A stretch of DNA of 64,000 nt from an uncultured Desulfobacteraceae bacterium (GCA_964384085.1 CAYLJZ010000007.1:3340-67339); one strand, 5' to 3'; shown: positions 27,870-36,589, counted from the stretch's first letter. The notes: a model not told the origin generated them from the sequence alone. Program-made: numbers and translations.

Positions 27870-28772
27870 ATGAAGGCAATGATCCTCGCAGCCGGTCTCG
27901 GGACGAGACTGAGACCCCTGACCCTGAAAAAGCCGAAACCCCTCATGCCGTTGGCGAACCGGCCCATGATTGACCGGGTCATCGAATACCTTCGGCAGTA
28001 CGGGGTTGAAGAATTCATCGTGAACGCCCATCATCATAGCGGGCAGGTGGCAGCGCATCTGGACGGAGGACGGCCTTTTGGTGTCAAAATAGAGGTCAGG
28101 GTGGAAGCCCGCATCCTCGGAACGGGTGGGGGCATCAAGAATACCGAGGGCTTCTGGGATGATGCCCCATTCATCATCATGAACAGCGACATTCTGACCG
28201 ACATCGACCTGGAACGGGCAGTCCATCTGCATCAGGAAAGAAACAATCTGGTCACCCTGGTCCTTCATGACTGCGAACCCTTCAACCAGGTCCGCATCAC
28301 CGACGATCTCACCATACGGGATATCGCTTCGAAGCCAGGCCCTGAAAGGCTGGCGTTTACGGGAATTCATATTCTGGAACCGGAACTCCTTTCCCATATT
28401 CCTGCCGGTGAATTCTCCAGCATTATCGATTGCTACTCAAAACTGATCGCGGAGGGGCGCCGAATTGGGGCCTGTGTCTCCAGGGGGCATTACTGGCGGG
28501 ATGTGGGGACCGTTCGAAGTTATCTCCTCGCCAACCAGGAGGCGTTGCACGGCGAACACCGGCTGTTCGGACCCGGCTGCCGAATCCATCCCTCTGCCGT
28601 TCTAACGGACTGGGCAGTGATGGGCCCTCGAACGGTCGTCGCGGCGGGGGCCGAGGTAGGTCGTTCCGTTCTCTGGGACAACGTGACCATCGAAAAAGGG
28701 ATCCGCGTCATGGACAGCGTGGTGACCTCATCCATAACCGTGAAAGAGGACCTTGCGGGAGAAATCCGATGA
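27870..28772 (+). CDS. murU: Sugar-1-phosphate nucleotidylyltransferase, MurU-like, with a C-terminal left-handed beta-helix extension
   Basis: Contains the ILAAGLGTRLRPLTLKKPKPL (GxGTRxxPxT) motif. Paired by a 4-nt ATGA overlap with an AmgK-like kinase. The symbol is by context only. Confidence 0.6.
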   Translation: MKAMILAAGLGTRLRPLTLKKPKPLMPLANRPMIDRVIEYLRQYGVEEFIVNAHHHSGQVAAHLDGGRPFGVKIEVRVEARILGTGGGIKNTEGFWDDAPFIIMNSDILTDIDLERAVHLHQERNNLVTLVLHDCEPFNQVRITDDLTIRDIASKPGPERLAFTGIHILEPELLSHIPAGEFSSIIDCYSKLIAEGRRIGACVSRGHYWRDVGTVRSYLLANQEALHGEHRLFGPGCRIHPSAVLTDWAVMGPRTVVAAGAEVGRSVLWDNVTIEKGIRVMDSVVTSSITVKEDLAGEIR

Positions 28773-29815
28773 ACGCCGGCCTGAAGGCAGCCATCCGGAA
28801 GTGGATGAAGGACAAAGGCCATGCCCCGGAGGAAGCGACCTTCCATCGCCTTGCAGGGGATGGTTCCAGACGCATCTTCTGGCGGATCTCCGCCCAGGAA
28901 CCAGGGGCCTCCCTCATCGCCATGTCCAATCCCCCGAATGATCCGGCCGTTCGGCGCGAGAATCTCGCGTACCTGAATATCGGGAAGCACCTCCGCCAGA
29001 AGGGCATTCCTGTAGCTGAAATCTATCGATACGATCTCACATCCGGGTGGTTCATCATGGAAGACCTGGGGCATATCAACCTGCAGGATGCGGCAAGCTC
29101 CGAAGATGAAACGGCTACCCTGTACGAAAAGGTAATAGACCGTCTTTTCCGCCTTCAAACGGATGGCGCGGAGGGCTTTGACCCTTCATGGTGCTGCCAG
29201 ACCGGGCACTATGACCGGACCGTGATGCTTCGATACGAGGCGGACTATTTCAAAAGCGCCTTTCTGGGCCGCTATCTTGGTCTCACTTCGGACAGGCCAA
29301 ACCTCGATCCGTGTTTCCGCCATCTGGCGGAAACCGCTTCCAGGGCCGATGCCGGCTTCTTTCTCCATCGCGACTTCCAGTCACGAAATATTATGATTTC
29401 AAATGGCAATATCGGGTTTGTGGATTGGCAGGGGGGGCGTTTGGGTCCCCTTGCGTATGATCTGGCCTCCCTGATCATCGATCCCTACACCCGCCTTTCC
29501 CCTGCCCAGCAGAAAACGATCTACGACCGCTACCTGGACCTGATCAAGGGCCACAACCCCACAGGTGCCGGGGCGTTCGAGAAATACTATCCCTATCTGG
29601 CTATTCAGCGTAACTTACAGATATTAGGGGCCTTTTCCTATTTAACACAGGTCATGAACAAGGCCTATTTCGAAACATACATACCTGCGGCATTACATAC
29701 CCTCAATGGCCTGCTCGATCAGGTTCGTGGCCGGGAAATCTCCCCGCTAAGGGATCTGGTAGCGAAATTGACGAGCCACCAAAAAATCCTCGACATACTC
29801 GAAAGAGCGGGGTAA
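28769..29815 (+). CDS. amgK: Aminoglycoside-phosphotransferase-fold sugar kinase, AmgK-like (anomeric MurNAc/GlcNAc kinase)
   Basis: APH-type catalytic loop HRDFQSRNIMI and DWQGGRLGPLAYDLASL. Start set at the ATG at 28769; the longer ORF-track start at 28430 overlaps murU. Confidence 0.65.
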   Translation: MNAGLKAAIRKWMKDKGHAPEEATFHRLAGDGSRRIFWRISAQEPGASLIAMSNPPNDPAVRRENLAYLNIGKHLRQKGIPVAEIYRYDLTSGWFIMEDLGHINLQDAASSEDETATLYEKVIDRLFRLQTDGAEGFDPSWCCQTGHYDRTVMLRYEADYFKSAFLGRYLGLTSDRPNLDPCFRHLAETASRADAGFFLHRDFQSRNIMISNGNIGFVDWQGGRLGPLAYDLASLIIDPYTRLSPAQQKTIYDRYLDLIKGHNPTGAGAFEKYYPYLAIQRNLQILGAFSYLTQVMNKAYFETYIPAALHTLNGLLDQVRGREISPLRDLVAKLTSHQKILDILERAG

Positions 29816-29858
29816 GGTTTTTGGAGACGACAGATACAATTGCCGGAAAGGATGAGCG

Positions 29859-30191
29859 ATGGAGAAGCGACGACTGTTTGAGGCAGGGGATATGGTAACC
29901 ACCTTTACGGGACAGCCGGGAATAGTGATTTCCGAGGCGGTGCTCGCAGCGGCCGAAGCGAGGCTGAAAGAGGGAAAACGACCGGGTCACTATTTTGCGC
30001 CCGGGTGCTGTCATCATCCTGATTATGTGGTTCAGGTCCCCGTCCTGTTCGAGGATGGCACCTATGATGTCATGAGAGCCATGAACATTCGAAAGGCCCC
30101 TTCCCTTGCCGAAGACAACATAGTACGGCTTCAAGGCCTGAGAAATGGCCTTATCGTGCAGCAGACGGCCGCTGACACGGAGAGAAAGTAG
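29859..30191 (+). CDS. Hypothetical protein (110 aa)
   Basis: Clean ORF with no recognised motifs. Its stop overlaps the GTG of the decayed HIT gene. Confidence 0.4.
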   Translation: MEKRRLFEAGDMVTTFTGQPGIVISEAVLAAAEARLKEGKRPGHYFAPGCCHHPDYVVQVPVLFEDGTYDVMRAMNIRKAPSLAEDNIVRLQGLRNGLIVQQTAADTERK

Positions 30192-30396
30192 TGGACACGT
30201 GTGTTTTCTGCAAAATTGTAAACGGAGAGATTCCCAGCTTTAAGGTCTATGAAGATGAGAAGACCCTGGCCTTTATGGACATCAACCCAGGACTCCCGAA
30301 GGGCCTGAGCTTCCGGTAGCAACCTGGGAACTTAAAGAGGGAGACATGGAGGCGATCAAGGGGACCGGCGCCAGGATCGCCGGGGCCATCAAATAA
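30191..30396 (+). pseudogene. HIT-family (Hint-like) hydrolase remnant with a frameshift and an internal deletion that removes the HxHxHxx motif
   Basis: [35 protein letters not shown] is a textbook HIT N-terminus. It then reads GLPKGLSFR-stop. A second frame carries ...TWELKEGDMEAIKGTGARIAGAIK-stop. The total of about 68 codons compares with about 110-140 expected. Confidence 0.6.
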
Positions 30397-30412
30397 TGCC
30401 GGTGCAGTTCCT

Positions 30413-30937
30413 CTATTCCACCAGTTCCACGTTCCAGTAGAGATAGTCCCGCCAAGAGGTGGGGACCTCTTTAAACCCGATCGTGATCCTCAGGGAGGGG
30501 AGCCATGTGGGCCTGGCAGGCTGACGGATCAGGGTCATATTGGCCTCATGAGGGGTGCGGCCCCCCTTTTTCCGGTTACAGTCCATGCAGGAGGTGACAA
30601 TATTGGTCCAGAGCGTTCTCCCCCCCCGGGACTTGGGGATCACGTGGTCATAGCTCAGATCTTCCACGGGGAGTCTGCGGCCGCAATACTGGCACTGGTA
30701 TTTGTCCCTGGCGTAGATATTCTGCCGCGAGAATTTTACTGAATTCTTCGGCTTTTTCACCATCCTGAGGAGTCGTACGACGGACGGCAGCTTGATGGTG
30801 AAGCTGACCGAATGGATCTCCCGCCCATATTCCTCAAGCACCTCCACCTTCCCCAGCATGGAGAGGGTGACCGCCTTTTTCCAGTTGATGATCTTGAGCG
30901 GCTCGTATGTGATGTTCAAGAGCAAGACCTGTTCCAT
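30413..30937 (-). CDS. HNH endonuclease (small stand-alone McrA-like family)
   Basis: Contains CQYCGRRLPVEDLSYDHVIPKSRGGRTLWTNIVTSCMDCNRKKG, the HNH/zinc motif. Start chosen at M28 (MEQVLLLNITYEPL). Confidence 0.8.
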   Translation of the reverse strand: MEQVLLLNITYEPLKIINWKKAVTLSMLGKVEVLEEYGREIHSVSFTIKLPSVVRLLRMVKKPKNSVKFSRQNIYARDKYQCQYCGRRLPVEDLSYDHVIPKSRGGRTLWTNIVTSCMDCNRKKGGRTPHEANMTLIRQPARPTWLPSLRITIGFKEVPTSWRDYLYWNVELVE

Positions 30938-31217
30938 ATCCCTGCACCCGTCGAATCGGTCCCGATGCTGAAACGCAATCGTCGACCGTCCCTTGTCAGA
31001 CAGCGCCATGCAATACAAAACACGCCTGTACAGAACGTCTATTTGGTCTGAAGTTTGCTATGTTTAGCACAAATGAAAGCAAGACGCAAGCATAAAATTG
31101 ATGTCCCGGCAATTCTCGTTTTGGAAAAATGACCTTTTGGGAGCGGCTTTCCATTCCCGCCTACGAGCGCGACGGCAAGATGCCACTCGCACCGCATGGT
31201 GACTCCAGGTCCACTTC

Positions 31218-33047
31218 CTAATGAGAATCGCTTAATGTCTCCGTCGTTTCAGGTTGAGTGTCATCTGGCAGGCAAGAGGTTTTATCAAGCCTTTCCCTGT
31301 GCCACTGAGCCGAGGGTTTGAGCAGTCTTCCTTGCTCTTCCTGGCTCAAAAGGCGCATCCCCTTGACTGCCGGGGGCGACGGGACCGTGAGGACCGTATC
31401 TATCGTCAGCTCGTCCTGGATTCCGAGACCGGCGACCAGGCGGTTCATGTGACAGGCCGTACAGGCACGTCCGAACGGAGCGATGGTATGGGGCACATAG
31501 GGCATGAAGGTCCAGCCCTTTCCGGAGCCGTCGCCCCTTTCGGGGGCCACGCTGTCTAGGGGAACTTTCCCTTCCCGATCCACATGGGTGACGAGATACT
31601 GGTAAAGGGGGCGCAGGATGGCGTATCTGCCAGCGGGGTCCACGCCCAGAGGCATGGGTTCCCACGGCCTGAAGCGCCATCCCATAGACCAGATCCCTTC
31701 CCTTTGAAGGCCAGACAGATAATCGACAGACATCGGATAGGCTGTCTTCGGGCTGTCGGCACAGACCTTCAATTTCTCCTGAAGCCAGGGGTCCCCCTGG
31801 AGGGTGAGATCCCGCCACTTGTAGTCGTGGATCCGGTCTTCGCGCATGACGCTCATGCCATAGTCCTGAAACGACCACTGGGCATGACAGGCGCTGCACC
31901 GGACCCTGGCGTGGGCCTTGATCCGGTGACCGGCTGTCTCCGGGCCGAATTGGGGCAGCCGGTGTTTTTTTCTGCCGTCCCTCGAGACAAAAACGAGACC
32001 AACGGAGTCCTTCTGGATCGACGGCCCTGTCATATCCGGGGCCTTTCCGTCAAATCCGCCGTGACAGTCACTGCACGACCGTTTCGGGACCTCCATCTGA
32101 AAGCCGTAAACGCGACCGTCTCCCATGACATCTCTCCGGCTGTGACAGTCGATGCACCAGAGGCCCTTTTCCGCGTGAATATCCCTGGCGAGTCGGTGAT
32201 GATCCAGACCGTAGAGCTTCGGCCCGAGACCTCCATTTATCATGGGCGATCGGTACACATCGCTCGTGTCATGCTGGAACAGCCCCTCGTAATCGGCTCC
32301 CACATGGTTGTTGTTGTGGCAGTGAAGGCACTGAAGGTTCGGGATCCTGATGGTAAATGCGTGCCTCGCAGGGTACCCCGTCCTGGAGCGATCAATAGCC
32401 CGGTCTCCCCCTTCGTAACGGCCCTCGTTAGTGTACAGCACATGACAAGCGGCACAGCCGGTCGACCTGTAGAGCCCAGGGCCCTTCGGGCCTTTGCCGT
32501 GGACATGGCACCTGAGACACCGCCTTCTCAAAAAATCATCCACCAGCATGGCCGGGGTTTCCGCATGGATTTCCGGTTGAGGCGTCGGCAATGGCTGAAG
32601 GGGTCCGCTTAGCCCATAAGTGGCTGGGGCCGCCGCCGCCTGTGCGCCCCAGAGGTATCGTGTCTGGTTGATGATTCCAGCCATGGTGGAATGAAGAGAA
32701 TGGCGAACCTCCCTGATTTCAGTTTCGTGGCATGCCCCGCAGAAGGCATCTACCTGTTCGAGAGCGGAAGGATTTCGCACGATTTTTTCATGGCTCGTGA
32801 GGGAGTTGGAGTTGGCCTTTCTGTCCTTCGGCAGGAGGTGACAGTCGGCGCATGGAAAGGGATGACGGGCGCTAATGGATTCGATCCCCTGATGACATGC
32901 CAGACAGTCGGCATAGTTGATCTTTTCCGAGGCCAGGGCGCGGATGGCCATCAGTCCGATACAGACAAGGATCCCCACGGCCAAAAGGAGGCGGGCATCC
33001 GTGACAATCCTGACAGGCGCACGCTGAGGCCTCCTCACTTCAGGCAT
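31218..33047 (-). CDS. Multihaem c-type cytochrome, 10 CxxCH motifs, N-terminal membrane anchor or signal
   Basis: I counted CLACH, CADCH, CGACH, CLRCH, CAACH, CLHCH, CIDCH, CSDCH, CSACH and CTACH. 609 aa. Paralogous to the upstream gene. Confidence 0.85.
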   Translation of the reverse strand: MPEVRRPQRAPVRIVTDARLLLAVGILVCIGLMAIRALASEKINYADCLACHQGIESISARHPFPCADCHLLPKDRKANSNSLTSHEKIVRNPSALEQVDAFCGACHETEIREVRHSLHSTMAGIINQTRYLWGAQAAAAPATYGLSGPLQPLPTPQPEIHAETPAMLVDDFLRRRCLRCHVHGKGPKGPGLYRSTGCAACHVLYTNEGRYEGGDRAIDRSRTGYPARHAFTIRIPNLQCLHCHNNNHVGADYEGLFQHDTSDVYRSPMINGGLGPKLYGLDHHRLARDIHAEKGLWCIDCHSRRDVMGDGRVYGFQMEVPKRSCSDCHGGFDGKAPDMTGPSIQKDSVGLVFVSRDGRKKHRLPQFGPETAGHRIKAHARVRCSACHAQWSFQDYGMSVMREDRIHDYKWRDLTLQGDPWLQEKLKVCADSPKTAYPMSVDYLSGLQREGIWSMGWRFRPWEPMPLGVDPAGRYAILRPLYQYLVTHVDREGKVPLDSVAPERGDGSGKGWTFMPYVPHTIAPFGRACTACHMNRLVAGLGIQDELTIDTVLTVPSPPAVKGMRLLSQEEQGRLLKPSAQWHRERLDKTSCLPDDTQPETTETLSDSH

Positions 33048-34864
33048 GGCAGTCCGGCCTCCCTTTCGAATCGCTTCCTGGACTCCTGAAAGTTTAGGTA
33101 AATCGGGTCATCATATCCCGTGTGACATCCGAGGCAGGGGGCTACCCCGAGGATACGGTCAATTTCCTCTCTCGTAAAGGGCCGCACACCGTTCTTAAAC
33201 CCTGTCTGAAGGGGTTCCCCATCCAGGTTCACATAGGCGTCTAAAGGATGCGAAAGCCCAAGGCCTGAGCCAGCGGCATCATAGGTCGGCCTGAAGTTGC
33301 GTCTCCCCTCTTTCTGATGCAAAATACCCTCTCCCAGTCCGATGACCTTGGGGTCTTCGTGGCAGTCGATGCAGGCCCTTGATGTTGCGGCAGTTGTATG
33401 AGGATCAAATGCCGACAGGTTCATGACGCTGAAGGATCGCCCCTTCCGGTATTCATCTGATTCGTCAAAGACAGAGACAAACATCTGGCATGGAGAAAGG
33501 GTAACGACCTTACTGTCATCTCTGATGCCCAGGGAGGGCCTTGAAAAACGAATATAGGAACGGGCCTCTTTCCATCTGCCGGGCGATGTTTCCCTGGTCA
33601 GCCAGTCTCTCTGCTGCTCCGACTCCCTGTATGTCAGGTGACACCCGTAACACTGGGGTATCCATGCGGTGTGACATGCCTGGCAAGTAAGACGTTCATG
33701 TCCCCTCAGACGATGGTGGGGCTTCTCCGCCGCCGGCACAGTCATTTCAATGGGCAACCCATCCATCTTTCGATAAAAAATGACCTTCCCGTCCTCCTTC
33801 CGCAGGTTATAGACGGGGGTCCCCTTTTTGGTGAGGCCCACCGATTTTCCGACAGCGCCGGGTACCCGTCTGTTGAGGGAGGTCAGTCGCATTGCCAGAG
33901 AGTCATTCGTCTCAACCGGCGAAAACCTGGGGGCATGACACGCCTGACAGGTGATATCGATCTGATCTTTCATCTGATCATAGGCCTGCCCATCCCCCAT
34001 CAGCCCGGTGGCCGTATGACAGTCGATGCATTCCATCCCGAGCTTTCTGAAGTGGACATCTCCCTGAAGGTCCATAAAAAAACGATTCCCGGACAGCCTC
34101 CTTCGGTTCAGCCCGCTCCCTTCATAAGGCGTCCCGTAGCCATCGGATTCGAACCTGCCGAAGTAAGAAAGGCCGATCCTCGCAGACCGGTTGTGGCACT
34201 TGGTGCAGTTATCGGATGGAATCCTCGTTGTCATGACGGGATGTTGAATCATTCTGGACTCTTGATCTTTTCTTTTCTTTTCATCCAGGACGTGACAATC
34301 GCTGCACCCACCTCCCCGTCTGGCCACTTCCCCCCTTCCGCTCCCCCTTGGCTTCCAGAGATGGCATCCTCCACACAATTTTCGATAATGGTCTATGGCA
34401 AGGTTCTGAGGGGGGTTTTCTTTGTAGAGGTCGCTGACATGCACGCCTCTGACCAGCGCATCTTGGCCATTCGCGCCACTCGGTCGAAGCCATTGCTCCT
34501 GAAGGATTCTGATCATCCCGCTGTTCGTGGCCATAACGCTCTTTTTCACCCGGTCCGCCATATCCGGATGACAGCCGAATTTCCCGCAGGTCTTGTCCAC
34601 GATGCGCAGATCGCCCGGATTTTGAACCATGCTGAAATGGGCCCTTTCACGGTCCAATGAATACCTGTTTCCCAGGTGGCAGACAGCGCATCCAAAGGCC
34701 GAAACAGGGTGGGACGGATCCGGATCTTTCATCGCGTCGTGACAGCCGAGACAGCCGTCCTTCGCCGCTCCCGAACGTCGCTCGATGCCTTCCTCCTTAA
34801 GGACCAGCAAAATCCCTATCAGGCAAATTGAAATCAGCGCGAGGGCTTTTTTCATCGATTTCAA
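33035..34864 (-). CDS. Multihaem c-type cytochrome, 11 CxxCH plus one CxxxxCH motif
   Basis: I counted CLGCH, CAVCH, CGKFGCH, CGGCH, CSDCH, CTKCH, CIDCH, CQACH x2, CYGCH, CIDCH and CLGCH. Signal or anchor MKKALALISICLIGILLVL. 609 aa. Confidence 0.85.
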   Translation of the reverse strand: MKSMKKALALISICLIGILLVLKEEGIERRSGAAKDGCLGCHDAMKDPDPSHPVSAFGCAVCHLGNRYSLDRERAHFSMVQNPGDLRIVDKTCGKFGCHPDMADRVKKSVMATNSGMIRILQEQWLRPSGANGQDALVRGVHVSDLYKENPPQNLAIDHYRKLCGGCHLWKPRGSGRGEVARRGGGCSDCHVLDEKKRKDQESRMIQHPVMTTRIPSDNCTKCHNRSARIGLSYFGRFESDGYGTPYEGSGLNRRRLSGNRFFMDLQGDVHFRKLGMECIDCHTATGLMGDGQAYDQMKDQIDITCQACHAPRFSPVETNDSLAMRLTSLNRRVPGAVGKSVGLTKKGTPVYNLRKEDGKVIFYRKMDGLPIEMTVPAAEKPHHRLRGHERLTCQACHTAWIPQCYGCHLTYRESEQQRDWLTRETSPGRWKEARSYIRFSRPSLGIRDDSKVVTLSPCQMFVSVFDESDEYRKGRSFSVMNLSAFDPHTTAATSRACIDCHEDPKVIGLGEGILHQKEGRRNFRPTYDAAGSGLGLSHPLDAYVNLDGEPLQTGFKNGVRPFTREEIDRILGVAPCLGCHTGYDDPIYLNFQESRKRFEREAGLPCLK

Positions 34865-34927
34865 GAAATCTCCACAGTCCAGATGACTCTTATCGTATGG
34901 ATATGATTAGATGTACAACTTCCACCC

Positions 34928-35031
34928 CGTCATTCCTACGAAAGCCGGACTCCAGCATGGTTTTAGTAGGGTACACGTTCTGGATGCCGGATCAAGCCTG
35001 GCTCGTACCCGATACGAGGTCCGGCATGACG
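34928..35031. repeat. About 104-bp imperfect palindromic element (CGTCAT...CCGGACTCCAG / CTGGATGCCGG...CCGGCATGACG) with an internal hairpin CTCGTA-N5-TACGAG
   Basis: The inverted termini were read directly. Located 64-167 nt upstream of the cytochrome operon start. Confidence 0.45.
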
Positions 35032-35273
35032 AGAGAACTTTGGACGCTCAAGAAGCAATGTAATTTTCAGAACACCAAGGCTATTATGCCTGTCGATTGA
35101 GCATAAGTCTACACTTCTAAACCCGGCCGATCTCTCTCCACGCAGTGACAGAGCTGTCCTGAGGGGAAACGGCGCCAACCCGGTGCCATGCCAACACCAT
35201 GATGCAGGCCTGAACGTCGAAACAGAGGCATCACTCCACCCTGAGGCGGACCGATCGAAGCCAGCCGTCCTTC

Positions 35274-35317
35274 AAAAAAAAGAGGCATTCCATCGTTCAA
35301 TGGAATGCCTCTTTTTT
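35274..35317 (-). terminator. Rho-independent terminator of cspA (13-bp perfect stem, bidirectional A/T runs)
   Basis: AGAGGCATTCCAT-cgttca-ATGGAATGCCTCT, flanked by A7 on one side and T5 on the other, 20 nt after the cspA stop. Confidence 0.75.
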
Positions 35318-35337
35318 AATAAAAATGACTTTCGAGT

Positions 35338-35538
35338 CTATACTACCGTGACATTCGCCGCAGCCGGCCCTTTTTGACCCTGCTCTACATCAAAGGTAAC
35401 GCGATCGCGCTCATTGAGGGACTTGAAACCTGACGCATTGATCGCCGAATGATGGACAAAAACATCCGGTCCATTTTCCTGCTCGATAAATCCAAAACCC
35501 TTTTGGTCGCTAAACCACTTTACAGTTCCATTAGCCAT
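35338..35538 (-). CDS. cspA: Cold-shock protein (CspA family)
   Basis: [33 protein letters not shown] carries the RNP1/RNP2 motifs. 66 aa. Confidence 0.95.
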   Translation of the reverse strand: MANGTVKWFSDQKGFGFIEQENGPDVFVHHSAINASGFKSLNERDRVTFDVEQGQKGPAAANVTVV

Positions 35539-35665
35539 TGTGACACCCTCCTTTCAAAGAATTTTCATAGTTCCAGACTTCAGGCTGCCACTTTAGCAAA
35601 TGGAGCTTTCCTTCAGAGCGAAACCGACCTGCCACCCAATGACAGGCCATTTATGATTGTGGGGT

Positions 35666-35693
35666 ATAATAATCGGTTTTCGAGAAAAGTCAA
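35666..35693 (-). promoter_or_regulatory. Candidate cspA promoter (TTGACT-16 nt-TATTAT), which implies a long 5' leader of about 120 nt
   Basis: Read on the reverse strand. A long csp leader is typical of the family. Confidence 0.4.
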
Positions 35694-35812
35694 GCGGAAA
35701 GCGCCCTTTTTTCTTTTTCACTGCAACGGTGGGCCGAATGGTGGTCAGGAGCCACTGAAGGCTGCTGGCACCGATTGTGCGGGCGGGGGGACGGCCCTCC
35801 TCACATTCGTGC

Positions 35813-35842
35813 TTGACATGCCCTTCGAATTCACACCATATT
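35813..35842 (+). promoter_or_regulatory. Candidate promoter for the ABC operon (TTGACA-18 nt-CATATT)
   Basis: Read directly. An AAAGGAG SD lies 7 nt before the ATG at 35879. Confidence 0.3.
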
Positions 35843-35878
35843 AGGCGCCATCCAAACCCAGTTTAAAGGAGTGCCCCC

Positions 35879-36589
35879 ATGGCCCGACCGGATGGTGAAC
35901 CATCTGTCATCGAAGCCAAGGTCTTGACGCGCATATACCCCCTGGAGAACGGGGGCGTTGTCGGGATCCGCGATATCGACCTGGACATTCGGAACGGTGA
36001 GATGGCTGTGATCAAGGGAAACAGCGGATCCGGCAAGAGCACCCTTCTGGCCCTCTTCGGAGGTCTTGACAGGCCCTCCAGCGGTCGCCTGGTGGTTAAA
36101 GGATGGGACCTGACCACGGCAACGCCTGAGGAATTGACCGAGTATCGAAGGACCACCGTGGGGATGGTTTTTCAGGCATTTAATCTCCTCCCTACCCTGA
36201 CTGCCCTGGAGAACGCGTGCCTCCCTGCACTCCTGGCCGGAAGTCCCTATGAGCCAACACGGGAGCGCGCCCTGACACACCTGAGGGAGCTGGGCATAGA
36301 GGCACTTGGAGACCGCTATCCCTCCCAGCTCTCGGGGGGAGAGATGCAGCGCACCGCTATTGCCAGGGCCCTCATCAACAATCCTTCGATCGTGCTGGCG
36401 GACGAGCCCACCGGGAACCTGGACAGTCGGAACGGGGAGATCGTCATGAGGCTCCTGGCGGACCTCAACCAGCGGCAGGGGCGTACGGTCATCGTCGCCA
36501 CCCACAGCACCCTGGCAGACCCCTATGCAACCCTCCACATCACCCTTCGAGACGGAATGATCGCCCGGAGGACCCTGTGCAACATGTGA
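35879..36589 (+). CDS. ABC transporter ATP-binding protein (MacB/LolD/AttE-like)
   Basis: Walker A GNSGSGKST, signature LSGGEMQR, Walker B IVLADEPTGNLD. Confidence 0.9.
   Translation: MARPDGEPSVIEAKVLTRIYPLENGGVVGIRDIDLDIRNGEMAVIKGNSGSGKSTLLALFGGLDRPSSGRLVVKGWDLTTATPEELTEYRRTTVGMVFQAFNLLPTLTALENACLPALLAGSPYEPTRERALTHLRELGIEALGDRYPSQLSGGEMQRTAIARALINNPSIVLADEPTGNLDSRNGEIVMRLLADLNQRQGRTVIVATHSTLADPYATLHITLRDGMIARRTLCNM

Noticed and set aside
26800-27873. 357-aa + strand ORF
   Set aside because: It is antisense to nagZ, whose GH3 motifs are clear, and it has a P/R/H-rich composition typical of shadow ORFs in GC-rich DNA.
28430-28768. N-terminal 113 residues of the 461-aa ORF-track protein
   Set aside because: This part overlaps the murU-like gene out of frame and is R/G/P-rich. 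The kinase-fold homology begins at the ATG at 28769, which overlaps the murU stop (ATGA).
31584-34660. 342-aa and 340-aa + strand ORFs (31584..32612 and 33638..34660)
   Set aside because: They are antisense to the two multihaem cytochrome genes. They have no motifs, whereas the minus strand carries 10 and 12 haem-binding sites.
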